From Klebsormidium nitens (Eukaryota > Plantae > Klebsormidiophyceae): a stretch of 64,000 nt of DNA. Location of the stretch: positions 248,001 to 312,000 of the forward strand of contig DF236962.1 of assembly GCA_000708835.1 (NCBI GenBank), in the 5' to 3' direction. Shown here in pieces: positions 30,101-42,800 of the stretch (position 1 is its first letter; each line of letters begins with the position of its first letter). The translations under genes and the position numbers were made by a program. The notes under the pieces are model-generated. The model was not told the DNA's origin. It searched no databases and worked only from the letters and a program-made list of their open reading frames with translations.

Positions 30101-33100
30101 CCCGCCCCGCGGCTCGCTCTGCAATGCCCTCAACACCAGCCAATGCGGACGTCCACGCCACGTCAGCAACCAGGTCCGTATTCACACCTTTCACCGACGC
30201 TGTGATCGCTTTGATCTGGTCCGGAGTTGGGCTCGGAGAAGCGACCAAAGAGGCGCCACTTGGGTCAGCTAGTCGCCAGGCCTCGAGGATCTGTTTCTCC
30301 GTTTCGGCTTTGTCGGAAGAAGCGGACTGGGAAGACGGGGGGCGTTTCTTGTCGGGGGGTTTGGTGTCGGCAGCGGATGAAGGGGGGGGCAGAGTGGACC
30401 GCACGGCCTGGAGAAGAGCCCTGCAAAAGGGAAGGAAAGTGCTGACGAAAACGCAAGCAGTACTCGGCACAGTACTTTCCGGACAATCTCTGGAAAATAT
30501 GCAGAGATTCCAACAGAGCCTGGGGATTGGGAACCTTCAATGGCCGCTCAATAAAGTCTTTTAACTGTCAGCCCCTGGACTGGCCAGATTCAACAAAACT
30601 TGTTTCTTGGACCGTCGATCAGTACGACAGGGAGGCAGGTTCGGTTGGTGAGTCTTAAGTTGCATGGCCGTGTTTTCTCCTTTGGACTCTGAAGCATAGC
30701 TTTGTTCTCTAGCCGGCCGTCGACTAGCCGAGCTGGTTCGTCTAGATTTTCACCCCCAGCAAACCACTACGCTTCAACCGCCATGACAATCTGGTTTTTG
30801 AGAATAGACGCTCGCCAATGATGCAACAGCCAGAACTCAGATACCTCTTGTATCATACTCNNNNNNNNNNNNNNNNNNNNNNNNNNNNNNNNNNNNNNNN
30901 NNNNNNNNNNNNNNNNNNNNNNNNNNNNNNNNNNNNNNNNNNNNNNNNNNNNNNNNNNNNNNNNNNNNNNNNNNNNNNNNNNNNNNNNNNNNNNNNNNNN
31001 NNNNNNNNNNNNNNNNNNNNNNNNNNNNNNNNNNNNNNNNNNNNNNNNNNNNNNNNNNNNNNNNNNNNNNNNNNNNNNNNNNNNNNNNNNNNNNNNNNNN
31101 NNNNNNNNNNNNNNNNNNNNNNNNNNNNNNNNNNNNNNNNNNNNNNNNNNNNNNNNNNNNNNNNNNNNNNNNNNNNNNNNNNNNNNNNNNNNNNNNNNNN
31201 NNNNNNNNNNNNNNNNNNNNNNNNNNNNNNNNNNNNNNNNNNNNNNNNNNNNNNNNNNNNNNNNNNNNNNNNNNNNNNNNNNNNNNNNNNNNNNNNNNNN
31301 NNNNNNNNNNNNNNNNNNNNNNNNNNNNNNNNNNNNNNNNNNNNNNNNNNNNNNNNNNNNNNNNNNNNNNNNNNNNNNNNNNNNNNNNNNNNNNNNNNNN
31401 NNNNNNNNNNNNNNNNNNNNNNNNNNNNNNNNNNNNNNNNNNNNNNNNNNNNNNNNNNNNNNNNNNNNNNNNNNNNNNNNNNNNNNNNNNNNNNNNNNNN
31501 NNNNNNNNNNNNNNNNNNNNATGCAACAGCCAGAACTCAGATACCTCTTGTATCATACTCATCCCGGGAGCGCTCTTGGACTTCAGATAGAATGTGATAA
31601 CCCGCCTGATGACCTTCTCACCTCGCCTGCCCTTCTGCGTCTTTCCCGAGCTCCCCCTTCGCCTTTCCGGCCCCGCTGCCCTTGCCCCCCACTGTCAGAT
31701 GCACTCTCAACCCCGCCGCCGCCGCCAGTAGATCCTCCAACTTGGCTAGCTTCTCGCACTCCTGCGCCAGGGCCACCGCCCGATCCTTTTGCCCACTTTC
31801 TGCCAGGCACCATGCGAGCGCGAGGAGATTGTGCGCTCGCCATTCTTCTTGCTTCACGCCTTGGTTTGCGGCCCACTCTAGTGATTTTGTGATGGACTCG
31901 AAGCAGGGGAGGAGGGTGGACCGAGCGCCGTCGCGGTTGAGGACGCGGAGGATGCGCCAGAGGTGGACACTGCCGTTGTACACCAGGAAGGCATGCCTGG
32001 ATTTGAAGAAAAGATTCTTCTCAGAAATGAAGGGGAGCGGACAGTTGATACTGGGAGAGATGTTTGACAGTGTTTGGATTAGATAGACAAAAAGCCTCGT
32101 TTGCAAGGTGCGTGTAATGCTTGACCCTGTATACAGCTTTTTGCAACCAGGCTGCCAGTTTTAGATAGACAGGGAAGCTGAAAAGATAGTCGAAGTTAGT
32201 TGACGCAATATGGTTTCCAGACTTGACCAACTTATTTGTCTAACTTCAAACTTCCCTTTTTACTAAAACCGGCAGGCTGCTTGAAAAGAGCTGTATCTTT
32301 TTCAGTGGCAGAGGTCGGAGGTGACGCATACTTTGCGATGTTCTCTGTTGAAGAGCCTGTATTAGGAAGCATGCACACTACCGACTCTACGGTTCGATCT
32401 GAATACTTTGGAGCCCCTTGCGACTCAGGAGTGGCATTTGGCTTAAAGAATAACGTCTTCTCAGATGAGAAGTCGTTGCCTTTTCCAGGAAGCAGTGACT
32501 TATGCCCTCTGCTGAGCCGCCCACGTTCAACTTTCTAGGTTTGTTGGTCTAGGTTTGGTCAGTGTGGGCTGGAGAAGATATAGGGGGAATGGTGGTGCGG
32601 GCTGAGAAGAGAGCGGGAAAGAGCAGCCGTTGTGCCCAACTTTTGCACGGGTAACCTGTTGCAGTTTCAGGTCTACTTTGCAAGTATCCATTATTGCCAA
32701 TGTTGGCGTTGCCTCAAGCTGAGGACTGCATTTTCTCAAGCACCGGACTGGCAGGTTTCCATAGAAGACGATAGCGCATACTGTATCCATCTGCAAGATT
32801 TTAGAGAAATGAAAGTGCGCATGTTTGTATAGTAAAAAGTGCAAACAACCCCACCTTGGCCCCAGCTCTTGTGCGAGCCGCACTCCTCTGAGCACCACCT
32901 CAGCCGCTGCAAGAATTGCTTCTCTTAGCTGCAGTCCTTTCAGCCCTTTGCACCTCGCTGCTGCCAACTGCCCTTGTGCAAAAAGCGCCCGGCCCAGAAA
33001 CTGATCCCTCGCAGCAAAGTGCTCTTGTGGAGAACTAGTCTGGGCCACATTTTTCCCACCAGAGTTCTGGTTGACGTTCACTAATGGGGATGCTGAGTTG

Positions 33101-33396
33101 AGGGTGAAGTAAGAGGTCAAGCTCTCGCCGCACAAGGCCAGCAGATCAACCGCTGCTCCTCTCCCATTCTGCGCGAGGGCGGGGTCTGTTGGCAAAGTGG
33201 TGGTGCGAAGCGCAAGGGCTGCCTCTGCACATTTGACCAGAGTTTGTGTGGCAAAGCTGGGGCCACCAGCAACCCCTTCATTGGCTGGGGAGAAAGCCAG
33301 CTGTTTTACTTGTGCGTAGACTGCTTCGAGCTCGGCAGGGCTCTGATTCGCTACTGCTGCCTCGAGGGCTGCCACCACTTGCTGTGCCTGTACCAT
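15194..33396 (-). CDS. CFAP46: Cilia- and flagella-associated protein 46 (TTC40/FAP46, central-pair C1d TPR protein), 17 exons, ~3170 aa
   Basis: Exons 33396-32855, 31996-31622, 30420-30045, 29407-29018, 28625-26873, 26401-26268, 25585-25340, 24891-24604, 24257-24087, 23646-23438, 23009-22824, 22414-22018, 21515-20089, 19699-19228, 18702-16444, 15849-15742 and 15379-15194 (9519 nt, phases close). Segments I recall as CFAP46-like: QFLGRALF, FLVYNGSVHLW, CQLIWQAALPLL...LRAQIHLELAEL, IYSDPDRPMDKALMIIERA, AWLVTNAA, SVSRDFSL, YVVDP and the terminal VLYGLP. A few splice sites are best guesses. Confidence 0.88.
25990..26037. repeat. 19-bp tandem duplication (2.5 units) in a CFAP46 intron
   Basis: aactttgaccgatgcgcag twice, followed by aacttggacc. 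Confidence 0.85.
30821..31560. other. Assembly gap (660 N, 30861-31520) flanked by an identical 40-bp direct repeat
   Basis: atgcaacagccagaactcagatacctcttgtatcatactc occurs at both 30821-30860 and 31521-31560. Confidence 0.97.
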
Positions 33397-34115
33397 TTTG
33401 GCAGCCACTACTGCCACAGGAACTTTTCAAGGACGGTGAGCTGGGGCCATAAATGGTATACAGCTCATTCGAGCTCAATAATGAACACAACAGCGGTGCA
33501 ACATTGGAGTGCAGGCTAACGATTAGAAGAGCAGCTCCCTTCGAAGCTTTTTCTTTCCTCATCGTAAAAAGTCCTAGCTAGATTCAGCGCCATTCCCTAA
33601 TCACCTTCTTTTCTTCGATCGTCTCTTCTTGCTCAGCTTAAAACTTCTCTCCATGTAGCCTGCTCAGGCTGCTGCTCATCCAACGGTCGCACGTGGAGAA
33701 ATCGATGGATCTACGGCTGCTGCGTTTTTAAACCGGTTCAAGGGTCTTGCAAGAACGCCAGCGTCAAGACTCAAGACCCCAAAGCGCGGCCGCGCCGCGA
33801 AGCGCCCGCACCTGAATGATGCATGCAGCATCTCTAGCTGAATGCATGGATTTCCAGCAATGGCGCCTGCAATGTTCACCATTCTAAGCTTAGCTCCTCC
33901 AGGCTGAATGTGTTGTAGGCCCGTCGCCAGCTGCTGGCAAAGTGGTTCCGAGCTTCCCAGCTTTTGCGCCACAGCAACAAACATACACGAGTTGTACGAA
34001 GGTGAAAAGAGGGTGAAAATGCTGCGACGTCTACACCAGTAACTTATCTCAGCACTCCAAGTTCAGCCGTGTTTGATAAGTCCAATGCTGTCAACACAGG
34101 AGCTCAGTTGAAGCT

Positions 34116-35333
34116 ATGGCGCTGAGGTTGGGCGGAAGAAGATTTGGCAGCTCTCTGACCAGAGCGCTGAGCAGTCTCCCCGGCCGCCTTGCGCTTGCTG
34201 TTGGGGCAACCTATCTTGTTTGGCCTAGACACCCCCGCGTCGAAGTGGAAGAGGTCCGACTGCGCAGTATGAAGGTGCGCCTTGGTAAGGAAGAGGCTGC
34301 AGACAGTTCCAGTGTTGAGCTGGACTTGAATGTCAGCCTGCGAGTTTGGCTCCACAACACAAATGTGGTTAAAGTTGACCTCTTCGAAAGTGGGGCAACG
34401 GTACAGTACCGAGGGTCCACTTTGGGCGTTGGGATGGTGCGAGCGGCGACAATACCTCCAAAAAGCGCCGTCAAAGTGAGCGATCATCAACCAGCATGAG
34501 TATTCAAAGGGCCAGACATGCAGCACTCTACGTGCACTCTATCCAGTTGTTGACGCACAAATATGAGTAGGAAGGTTTCGAGTCCGGAACACTGATCAAC
34601 GTGTGATCAACCAAGTCCTCACACACAACCTTCGGACGCAGAGCATTGTGCTGCCACAAAGACAAACACACCTTACTAGGTTGTGCAACTCGTTCACTTT
34701 GATGATAGTACACCAATCCTGAGACGCTAAAAACGACTAATCAAAAACTTGTTGTTATGATGAGTGTGGTCTATTCAGACGTCCTTTGCTTCTTCAAGAC
34801 ACTGGATCTTTTTGGTGCAGATGGATATCCCGGCAGTTCTTACGGGTGCGAAGGCGTTGCACCTTGGTCCACAACTCTTGAAAGATGCGGCGACGGGGGA
34901 AGTAGCGATTGTATCCTTTGCTGAAGTCCCTGGAGTGGCGTTCGTCGTGGGTATCAAGGTGCCCATTACGGTAAGTTACCACCTGAGGAACCACAGCACC
35001 TTAGGCACTTCCTGCGGTTTTTTGACAAGGGATCTATTCAGCCAACACATGTCGACGCTCGTCAGATTCATTTCCCCTGAATCTTCAAGATTGGATACGT
35101 TGTGGACGTTTCCAAAACCGCTCTTGAAAAGTCTGCAATGAGTTGGTGGATCTGCCAGCTTTGGGAACGAGATTATTCAAACAAGTCGCTGATCGATGAT
35201 TCTGATGTCTGCTCATTTGCATCTCTTGTAGATATACGTCCGAATTCAGCTTGTTCTTGACCCTATCGGCCTTGGCATCCTTGCTCAAGAATGTACCGCC
35301 AAGCTGGAGGTCCTCGGCATACCACCCATATGA
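34116..35333 (+). CDS. LEA_2 / NDR1-HIN1-like single-pass membrane protein, 3 exons, 203 aa
   Basis: Exons 34116-34475, 34821-34970 and 35232-35333 (612 nt). A hydrophobic anchor (LALAVGATYLVWPRHP) is followed by VEVEEVRL...LNVSLRVWLHNTN...VQYRGSTLG, the typical LEA_2 pattern, and a C-terminal Cys motif (QEC). Confidence 0.8.
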
Positions 35334-36861
35334 AGTAGCCAAGCATATTCAACAACTGATAGAGATCGACCATCAAATAGCCAGGTCCGTTACTGCTACA
35401 GCGGCGCCGCAATCTGTGTGCCAGTCGTGCATGCGCTTCACCATATTTGAACCCATAACTCAAACCCAGTATTTCATACAAAAGGACCGATTCCAGCTGT
35501 AGCTGACATGCGTCCCCTGAAGCTGCGGGATGTAAATCAGCAAGTTGAGCTGAGTTAAGCGCGACGACAAGTCGAAATTGTGTGCAGTCGTGAATGGACC
35601 TTAATCACGTGTTTTGGAAGATCAAGTACTGAAGACCATATGCTCTAAGAAGTTGTTAGTGTAGGCTAGGTAATGTAGGCTAGACGACAGCGTGTCGCTT
35701 TGAATCAAGCAGACGTACGTGTCATGTGACATAAGGTAGGCCTTAGGCTTCCAAAGCATACAGGTACGAAATGCTAATCTGAGTTCTGGCCGCCCATTCA
35801 AATCCTCCGATCCCTTTTGAGATATTTTGAGTACCTGCCTGCTAGGTTTCAATTGTCCTATGCAACGCAGCCGCCCCTAATGCGGCTCAACTGCTTGATC
35901 GAAGTGCACATGGGATGTAGATGCCCTAGGGCAACTCGTGGTCAAACATTTCGGCCCATGTGTGCGCTGCACTGCATGAAGACCACCAAAACGTGTATAT
36001 ACCCACAGCATCGAATGCTGGAGCTTTATCAAACCTTCGAACGAGCAGGAATTGCGCGATTCAATATCATGTAGCCAACTGGGCCCCTGCTGACTCAGGG
36101 CAACGCAAAGAGATGCTGTAGCTAATCGGCCATAGTTTTAGAGTTGAAAGGTTGCAGCGCGAGCTTCTCCAACACCGATGTGTCCTACACCATAAAAGCG
36201 ATCAGGTCGCTTTGGCAAACCCACCTTAGTGGCATGCACGTTGCCGTCGCAGACAAGACAAGCGGGCACGTTTTAACTGGTCGCGCTTCAACCGGTGTCA
36301 TGGACCATAATGAATCGTAAGAAACGCCCATGCCCTTGTGCGTACGTGCGCGGTTTCAAAAGTCACTATGGCCTGGCGACTCATGAGATGCAAAGAGGCG
36401 GTTACGCTTTACACAGCCTTACCACCTCCATCTCGAATTGAGTCGCATACCCGCTTTATCGGAGCATCTGGCTGAGTTTTGACGAGTTGCTGCTCGGACA
36501 AATGCTTCCTAGTGCTGAACACATTGCAGGGCTATCGCATTGGTCCCCTAGGAGCCAATCTCAAACAACGATGTACTTGGATCACGCATGCACTTCTTGA
36601 CGGACGACGCAAATTGCACGTCGTGTGCGTTACTTTCAGTCAGTCTGTCGTTACCAGCACTGGCGATAAGCTTGCTCTCTGCGTTTGTTCAAAGTCCGAA
36701 GGGCGATCGCAACGTTTGAGACCATGCACCCGTCCTGGGAATGATCCCCCACCTGGAGAAATCATCCCCCTCTCCCTCGGAAACGCAAGCAGTGTTTTGG
36801 GTGGGTCAGCACTTTTAAACTTCGAAAAGCCCGCACTCGTCGGGGCTTGCCGAGGTGGACT

Positions 36862-39800
36862 TCATAGGGGCTGTTGCACATTCTGTTGAACGCACTGCAA
36901 AAAAGCGGGACGCTTGACGTCAAGGTGGGGGCAGTCCTATGTCAATGAGATGCATAACAAAGACATCATTTGTGTTGATTACAGAACCTACTCATGTTTT
37001 AGTGGGCACGGTACGTTCTTGCTCAAAGGCCTCCATTGAACGCAGGTCGTTTTCAACAAGCCAACTCCCTCTTCCTTACTCCAAAGGAGGGGAATCTGAG
37101 TAGGTCGAGTACTTCATGTGCTGGTTGACTCTGCAAACGACCATCAAAACAAACATGCAAAGAGATAATCAATGAGGAACTCAACGACCAAAGCATCAGC
37201 TCCGCTACCTTGAGCAGGTTGACATAGTAGAAGTCCTCCATGTGCTGCATGATCCCGCTCCCGTCCTGCAGGCTTTGCAGCAGCGCAATCTCGGTGCGCA
37301 CCAGCTGCGAAATTAGCGCCTGCTCCCCGCGCATCTGCACACGAACGCCCGGGTTCAGTGATGCATCTTCAGTATTGTAGGCTGTTGACGTGCTAACGAA
37401 AACATGGTTAAGAGTGCGGTTAGACAAAACCCAGATCAGGAGTAACCTCATGTTTTTTTGGTCAACGACTACTACGAAAGCGAGGTTGCGAGTTTGAGCA
37501 AACACTACAACAAACCTTTATCGGTCGTACGCAGAAAAAGGCGTAAACAAAGCTCTTGTACGGAACCTTTTCCGTATCTGCACAGGGCTCGAACCGTTGC
37601 GTATGGCCTTACTCTTTGATAGAACATTTGCCTTGTCTATTATGGTCTACAAAATGATTCAATCTTTTGCGAGACTAGGCACCTCACCAGTTCTGGGAGT
37701 AGTGCGTCCGCTGACGTCTCCCCGATGACGTCAAGCGTGTAATCGTCCTCCAGGGCGTCGTTACCGAGCGGCCGCCCGCGCAGGTCGCCCCGGAAGTAGA
37801 TGGGCTGCTTCACGTGGCAGTAGCCCAGCAATCGGGGCACCTGCGAGGCGGCACCACTTAAAATGGTTAGCTGGTCGGTTAGCTGGAGTGGCGGCGGCTT
37901 GGTCAACAACAGGTGACGTAACGCAAGAAGCCGTCACAAAGCTTACGGACGCTGGCAGAGAAGAACGGTGCAGCAGAACGGAGCAGACTGAAAAATCGGT
38001 CAGAGGATCTTCCCGCATTTCTCCTTTGCCGCCGCCTTCTTGCTCCGCTCTTCCGTGTCCTTCGCTTCGTGGCGCCACCCGTGGTCATAGAAGATCCTAA
38101 ATTAGGTAGCGGATGATAAGTTATTGCTTGTCGAAGCTTATGATCGCGGATAACAGGAACTTGAATTCTCGTATGTCCTTTTGAAGCCCCGTTCGACAGA
38201 ATCTCCGGTAGTTGCACACCTGTCAGCTTCTTCAAGCCCTACCACCTCAACACCCGCTTTACAAACCCCCTCTTTTGTCACCTAGATCCGACCTCACAGA
38301 ACCCCAAAGAATGTCGAGGTTTTCCACCATGGGTGTGAGGTTTTCGCAATTGCACCGATAACCAGATCTATTCGGGACCTTGACTCAATTCCCAAACAGC
38401 AAGTTTCCCTCTATCCAAGTTTCTCACCGTGGGTATGATGTCCCGATGGTTGCACACCCGCCAGCTCGTCCCCACCGTCCGATTGTACTCCTCCGCAAAC
38501 GCGCGATTGCCGACACGTGGCGAGCCGAAGTTGTACATGACAACCTCAGCCTGCCGCTGGCGCGCCCACGGCAATCGCACCACGTCGCGTGCCAACAACG
38601 TTGCCAGCGCTCCGCCCAAACTGTGCCCAGTAATGTAAATTGTCCACGTACCGGTTGACTCATCCGGCGCTTGGCTGCATGAAAAATATAAATCATAAAT
38701 TGATTCTCTTAAGCCGGGTCACAGAGCATGACGTACTGAATGTGTCAAGAATGAACATGAGGACTTCCTCAGAGCCGCGCCCAGACTGAGCCCGGTGATG
38801 TAAATCGGACAAGGGCCGCTTGGTTCGTCCGAGGCTTGTCTGCATAAGAAAGCTAGAGTGTGAAGAGCACGCTTCCCCTCAGGCTATGTAGCCCGGTCAC
38901 AGTTCAAGGCGTAACATAAGATTTAAAAGTTCTCAACGCACTGCCCAAGCTGTGCCTGGTCAAGTAAACCGTCCACGGGCCGGTGGGTTCATCCGGAGCT
39001 TGGCTGCATGAACAAAGGATCTTGTAAGAGCCATGCATTTTTCCTCAAGCAGAGTATCTTGAGAGAAACAGCGGGCAGGCCCCTCAGCTTTGCTCACCTC
39101 TTTTTAGGGTAAAAAACCCTAAAAAGCCCTAAAAAGTGATCACCTCTCCAAGTCGTCTCGCGTCATCGCCTCCAAGATTGCGACGATTTACTGCGGCACG
39201 CTGTCGTAAATGGACTCGATTTCGTGCCACCTGGAAGAGCCTGCGAAAGCAGGTTATCCGAGAGGACAACGACGGGCAGGCCGCCCGAACCCAGCTCACC
39301 TTTCTAAGTCGTCCCTCGTCATCGCCTCCAGAATCGCGACGATCCGTCGGCGAACGCTGTCGTACGCACGCAGGAAGCCGGCGTGCACGGCTGGTTCGTT
39401 GGGGTCGCCTGCGGAGACCCGCTCCGGATTCAGCCCCGCGCTGACCAGCATCAAGTCTGTCGCCAAGTCACGCCACTGGGTCTGTAGGAAGTGGATAATC
39501 TTGCTCGATAGACAGAAGAAGGCAGTGCTGGGCGGATGGAACCAGTTAGGGGGTTAGGGTGGGTGCGAGGGTGGAGTGCGGTCAGATTCGATCAAGTACT
39601 TTGTTGGGCCGTGGATTGTTCTCTTGAGCGCACTGTTGAGAGCATCGAGAAGCATGAAAAAGGTTAGCAGTACTTTAAAGCACCGTGATGCACTTGGAGA
39701 GACTCGGGAAACGCGAACCTGATGAAGTCTGGTTGCCACAACCTGAAACCTAACATTATTTCAGAGCCACTAAACGGCAAAGTTCCATACCTTTCTGCTC

Positions 39801-42800
39801 CGTGCCCCAGAAAGCAAGCACGATTCGCCGCCCCGCATTTGCACGCCAGATCGAGGTCCGGTCGTCGGCGGTCCAGGAAGGCGAGCTGGCTGAAGCCGAA
39901 TACCACGTTGGTTGCAGTACCGCTTAACAACGAAAGCTGTAGAACAAGCTTTCACACTTTTACCTGTTCTGTGCCTTGGAAAGCAACCACGAATCTCCGC
40001 CCCGCGTTTGCCCGCAAGGTCGTCGCTTGGGTGTCAAAACCCGGGTGGTCCAAGAAGGCGAGCTTGGTGAAGTCGGGCTGCCTCGAACTGACATTCGAAA
40101 CAAACCCAATTCCTAGCAAATGAAGGCAGCCTTTTGAAAACCTTACCTGTTCCGCTCCTCGAAATGCAACCACAATTCTCCGCTGCGCGTTCGCCCGCCA
40201 GATCGCCGCCAGCATGTCGTTCCCGGGTGGTCCACGAAGGCAAGCTTGGTGAAGTCGGCTGTCCCAACTGGTCAAACTAAATGCATTTCGTCAGGATCTT
40301 CATAATCTTACCTGTTCCGTGCCCCGAAAAGCTACGACTAGTCTCCGCCCCGCGTTTGCTCGCCAGATCGCCGCCTGCGTGTCAGTCTCAGGATGGTCCA
40401 AGAAAGCTAGCTTGGTGAAGTCGGACTGCACTGCGCTTCGCTGACCCGCCTGCTGCGCGAGCAAACTCCACGCCTCTACTGCGCTCTCTGCGCGCCGGAA
40501 CACCGCGCGCACTTCCGCCAGTTCGGCTTCGCTTGCACCTGGAACAGATCCGGTGTCAATTACTAAGGCTCTTATTGATGAGGGAAGTTGAGACACACAA
40601 AAATAGTCCGCTGCTCGGCTGGTTGCAAGCGCAGGCTCCATGCATCTCTGCACGCCGGAAGACCTCGCTCCGCCAGCTCGGCTTCGCTCGCGCCTGTGGG
40701 CTTCATAAATTCACTTTGAGATTTGACATCGCGGTCACAATGGATCGAGCTTCCTCTCCCTTCCCCGGACCTCGGTTTCCGTTATGTCCGCTTCTCCCAA
40801 GGCCTTTTCTGCTTTGATGACATGTTCCAAGGTGAGCAGTCAAGGTTTCTTCTACCCTCTTCAAAGTAGGTTGGGAACCGGACGCTAGACAGACCGGGTA
40901 AAGAATGGACCCTCCTCGCCCCCTCACCTGGCCAAGACCCCCCCTTTGGTCTTCACAAGAGCCACACTCGTCTCTAATTCAAGGACGACTGACAAAGTTT
41001 TCCCTGTTTCTAGTCTTGTGGCAGATCCGGTCGAATGGTTCGTCCTCGTGCTCCTTTGTCGTGCATGCACTCAACCCGACCTTCGTAAGCACCAATCGAA
41101 CGACGTTTGAATCCCTCGGAATGCTGCGTTACACCAAGGATTGGAAACTGAAGCTCGATGAAGATGGAGATGATCGATCTCCAACCAGCCTCGATTTCAT
41201 GCGTCTCCCTTGTATCCCCTCACCTGCCGCCCTGAGCTCTTCCTCCGCTTGCCGCTCCTCCTCCCTCCGCGCCTCTTTCGCCCGTGCCACGTCAGCAACC
41301 TTTTCAGCCACGTCAGCAGCGTCGGGAGGTACCGGGGGCGGCCCGGGCTGGCCCTGCTTCCCGACCAGGCTCGCTAGCAGAGCCCACGGGCCAACCGCAT
41401 TCTCGCCCTATAGAAGGACAAAGACGAACATCAAGCTCATGTCCTATTCTCCGATGATATGTGGGCAGTTTCCAAACGTCACGCAACTGTCCTATCCTTC
41501 GAATGCTGGCGTTTATGCAGCCCGGCCTCGTTCAAAGAGGGTACTTTATCATCCACGCAAGCTTCGTTTCGTCGTATGTGCGATTCTGTTGCTCTCGGGG
41601 TTGGGGCAGCGTGATTTACAGCTTTGGACGGGTGGAACTCGATAGAAGTTGACAGCGCAGGTGCGTCTTGTACTTAGGTGGCCAGATGCGACCAGAGGTT
41701 TAGTTGCAGTTAGACAAGATTCAAACGCGCGTGTTGAAACTCCGACAAGCATGGAGATCGTTGAACTGTCTATCTGAGTGCAGAAGGAGGGCTGACGGCT
41801 GAGAAATAGGATTGGAACTCCCGCCCTGCCTCACCTGCTTGAACAGCTCCATCTGTTCCTCATCGTTTCGCTGCTCCTCTCCTCCCGTTTCAACCGCGGC
41901 TCCTGACTTCGGCCCATCCACCCGTGCTGCGCTTTGCTGGCTCGAACCCGCCTCCTTTCCGTTCCGTTCCCTTTCCGCTCCCCCTCCCCCTGGCCGGAGC
42001 GCCTCCCACGCGCGCACTGCCTGACCAAGCAAGTCCCCAGCTTCGGCCGCGCTCGCTTCCGTCGCCTTCACTTCCGTTCCGTTCGGTTCCGTCGCTCTCA
42101 CTTCCGTTCCCCTCCCTTCCATCGCAGTGACTTCCGCGCTTCCGTTTTGCGTGGCTTTATTCTCTTGCGCTTCTCTCCGCGCCAGCATCTTGCGTAACGT
42201 CTCTAGTTCCTTGTCCTCGGCTGGGGATTGACTAGGCGCCAGCCCTACAAGCCATCCTGCAACTTGTTGTAACCAGGACGGGGAGCTTTCCACTTGGGCG
42301 GAGAACTGGGTGTAGCGCACCTGCGGCAGACAGCGGAGAGCGTCAAGCAAGCGGGTGACGTCAATAAGAACAAGCAAAAGCCTTCCAGGGGCCAGAAGAG
42401 ACTGACCGTGCCTTATGCCATGCACGTTTGAGCGCATGTGACGAAGTTGACATAAGTGTCTGTAAGCCATGGCCGAAGCTCTCGAGACGTATCACAGGAC
42501 CAAGTCGGCCAGTGCCTAAGTCCCGCTTCTTTCTGCCTTTGACGTACTCCTCAAGTGTCCGACCTCCTGTAGACAGCGCCGTTGCGCAGGGGCGCCCGCA
42601 GCTTTTTTCTTACCGTCGAGGCCGTTGGCAACCGTCTATAAACGCAAACCCCAGGGCTTAGGATTTGGGTTTCTAGGAAAACCTGGTCACAATATTGAGA
42701 CTCTGGCCTCGAGCAACATCAGGCCCTCGACCAACCTTCTTTTGCAGCAACAGCGTCAACTTATGCCGGGACTGTGCTGACGCCCGTCACAACCCTCGCC

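Noticed and set aside
30818-31597. ORFs of 259 and 241 aa in the track
   Set aside because: They are artefacts of translating through the N gap.
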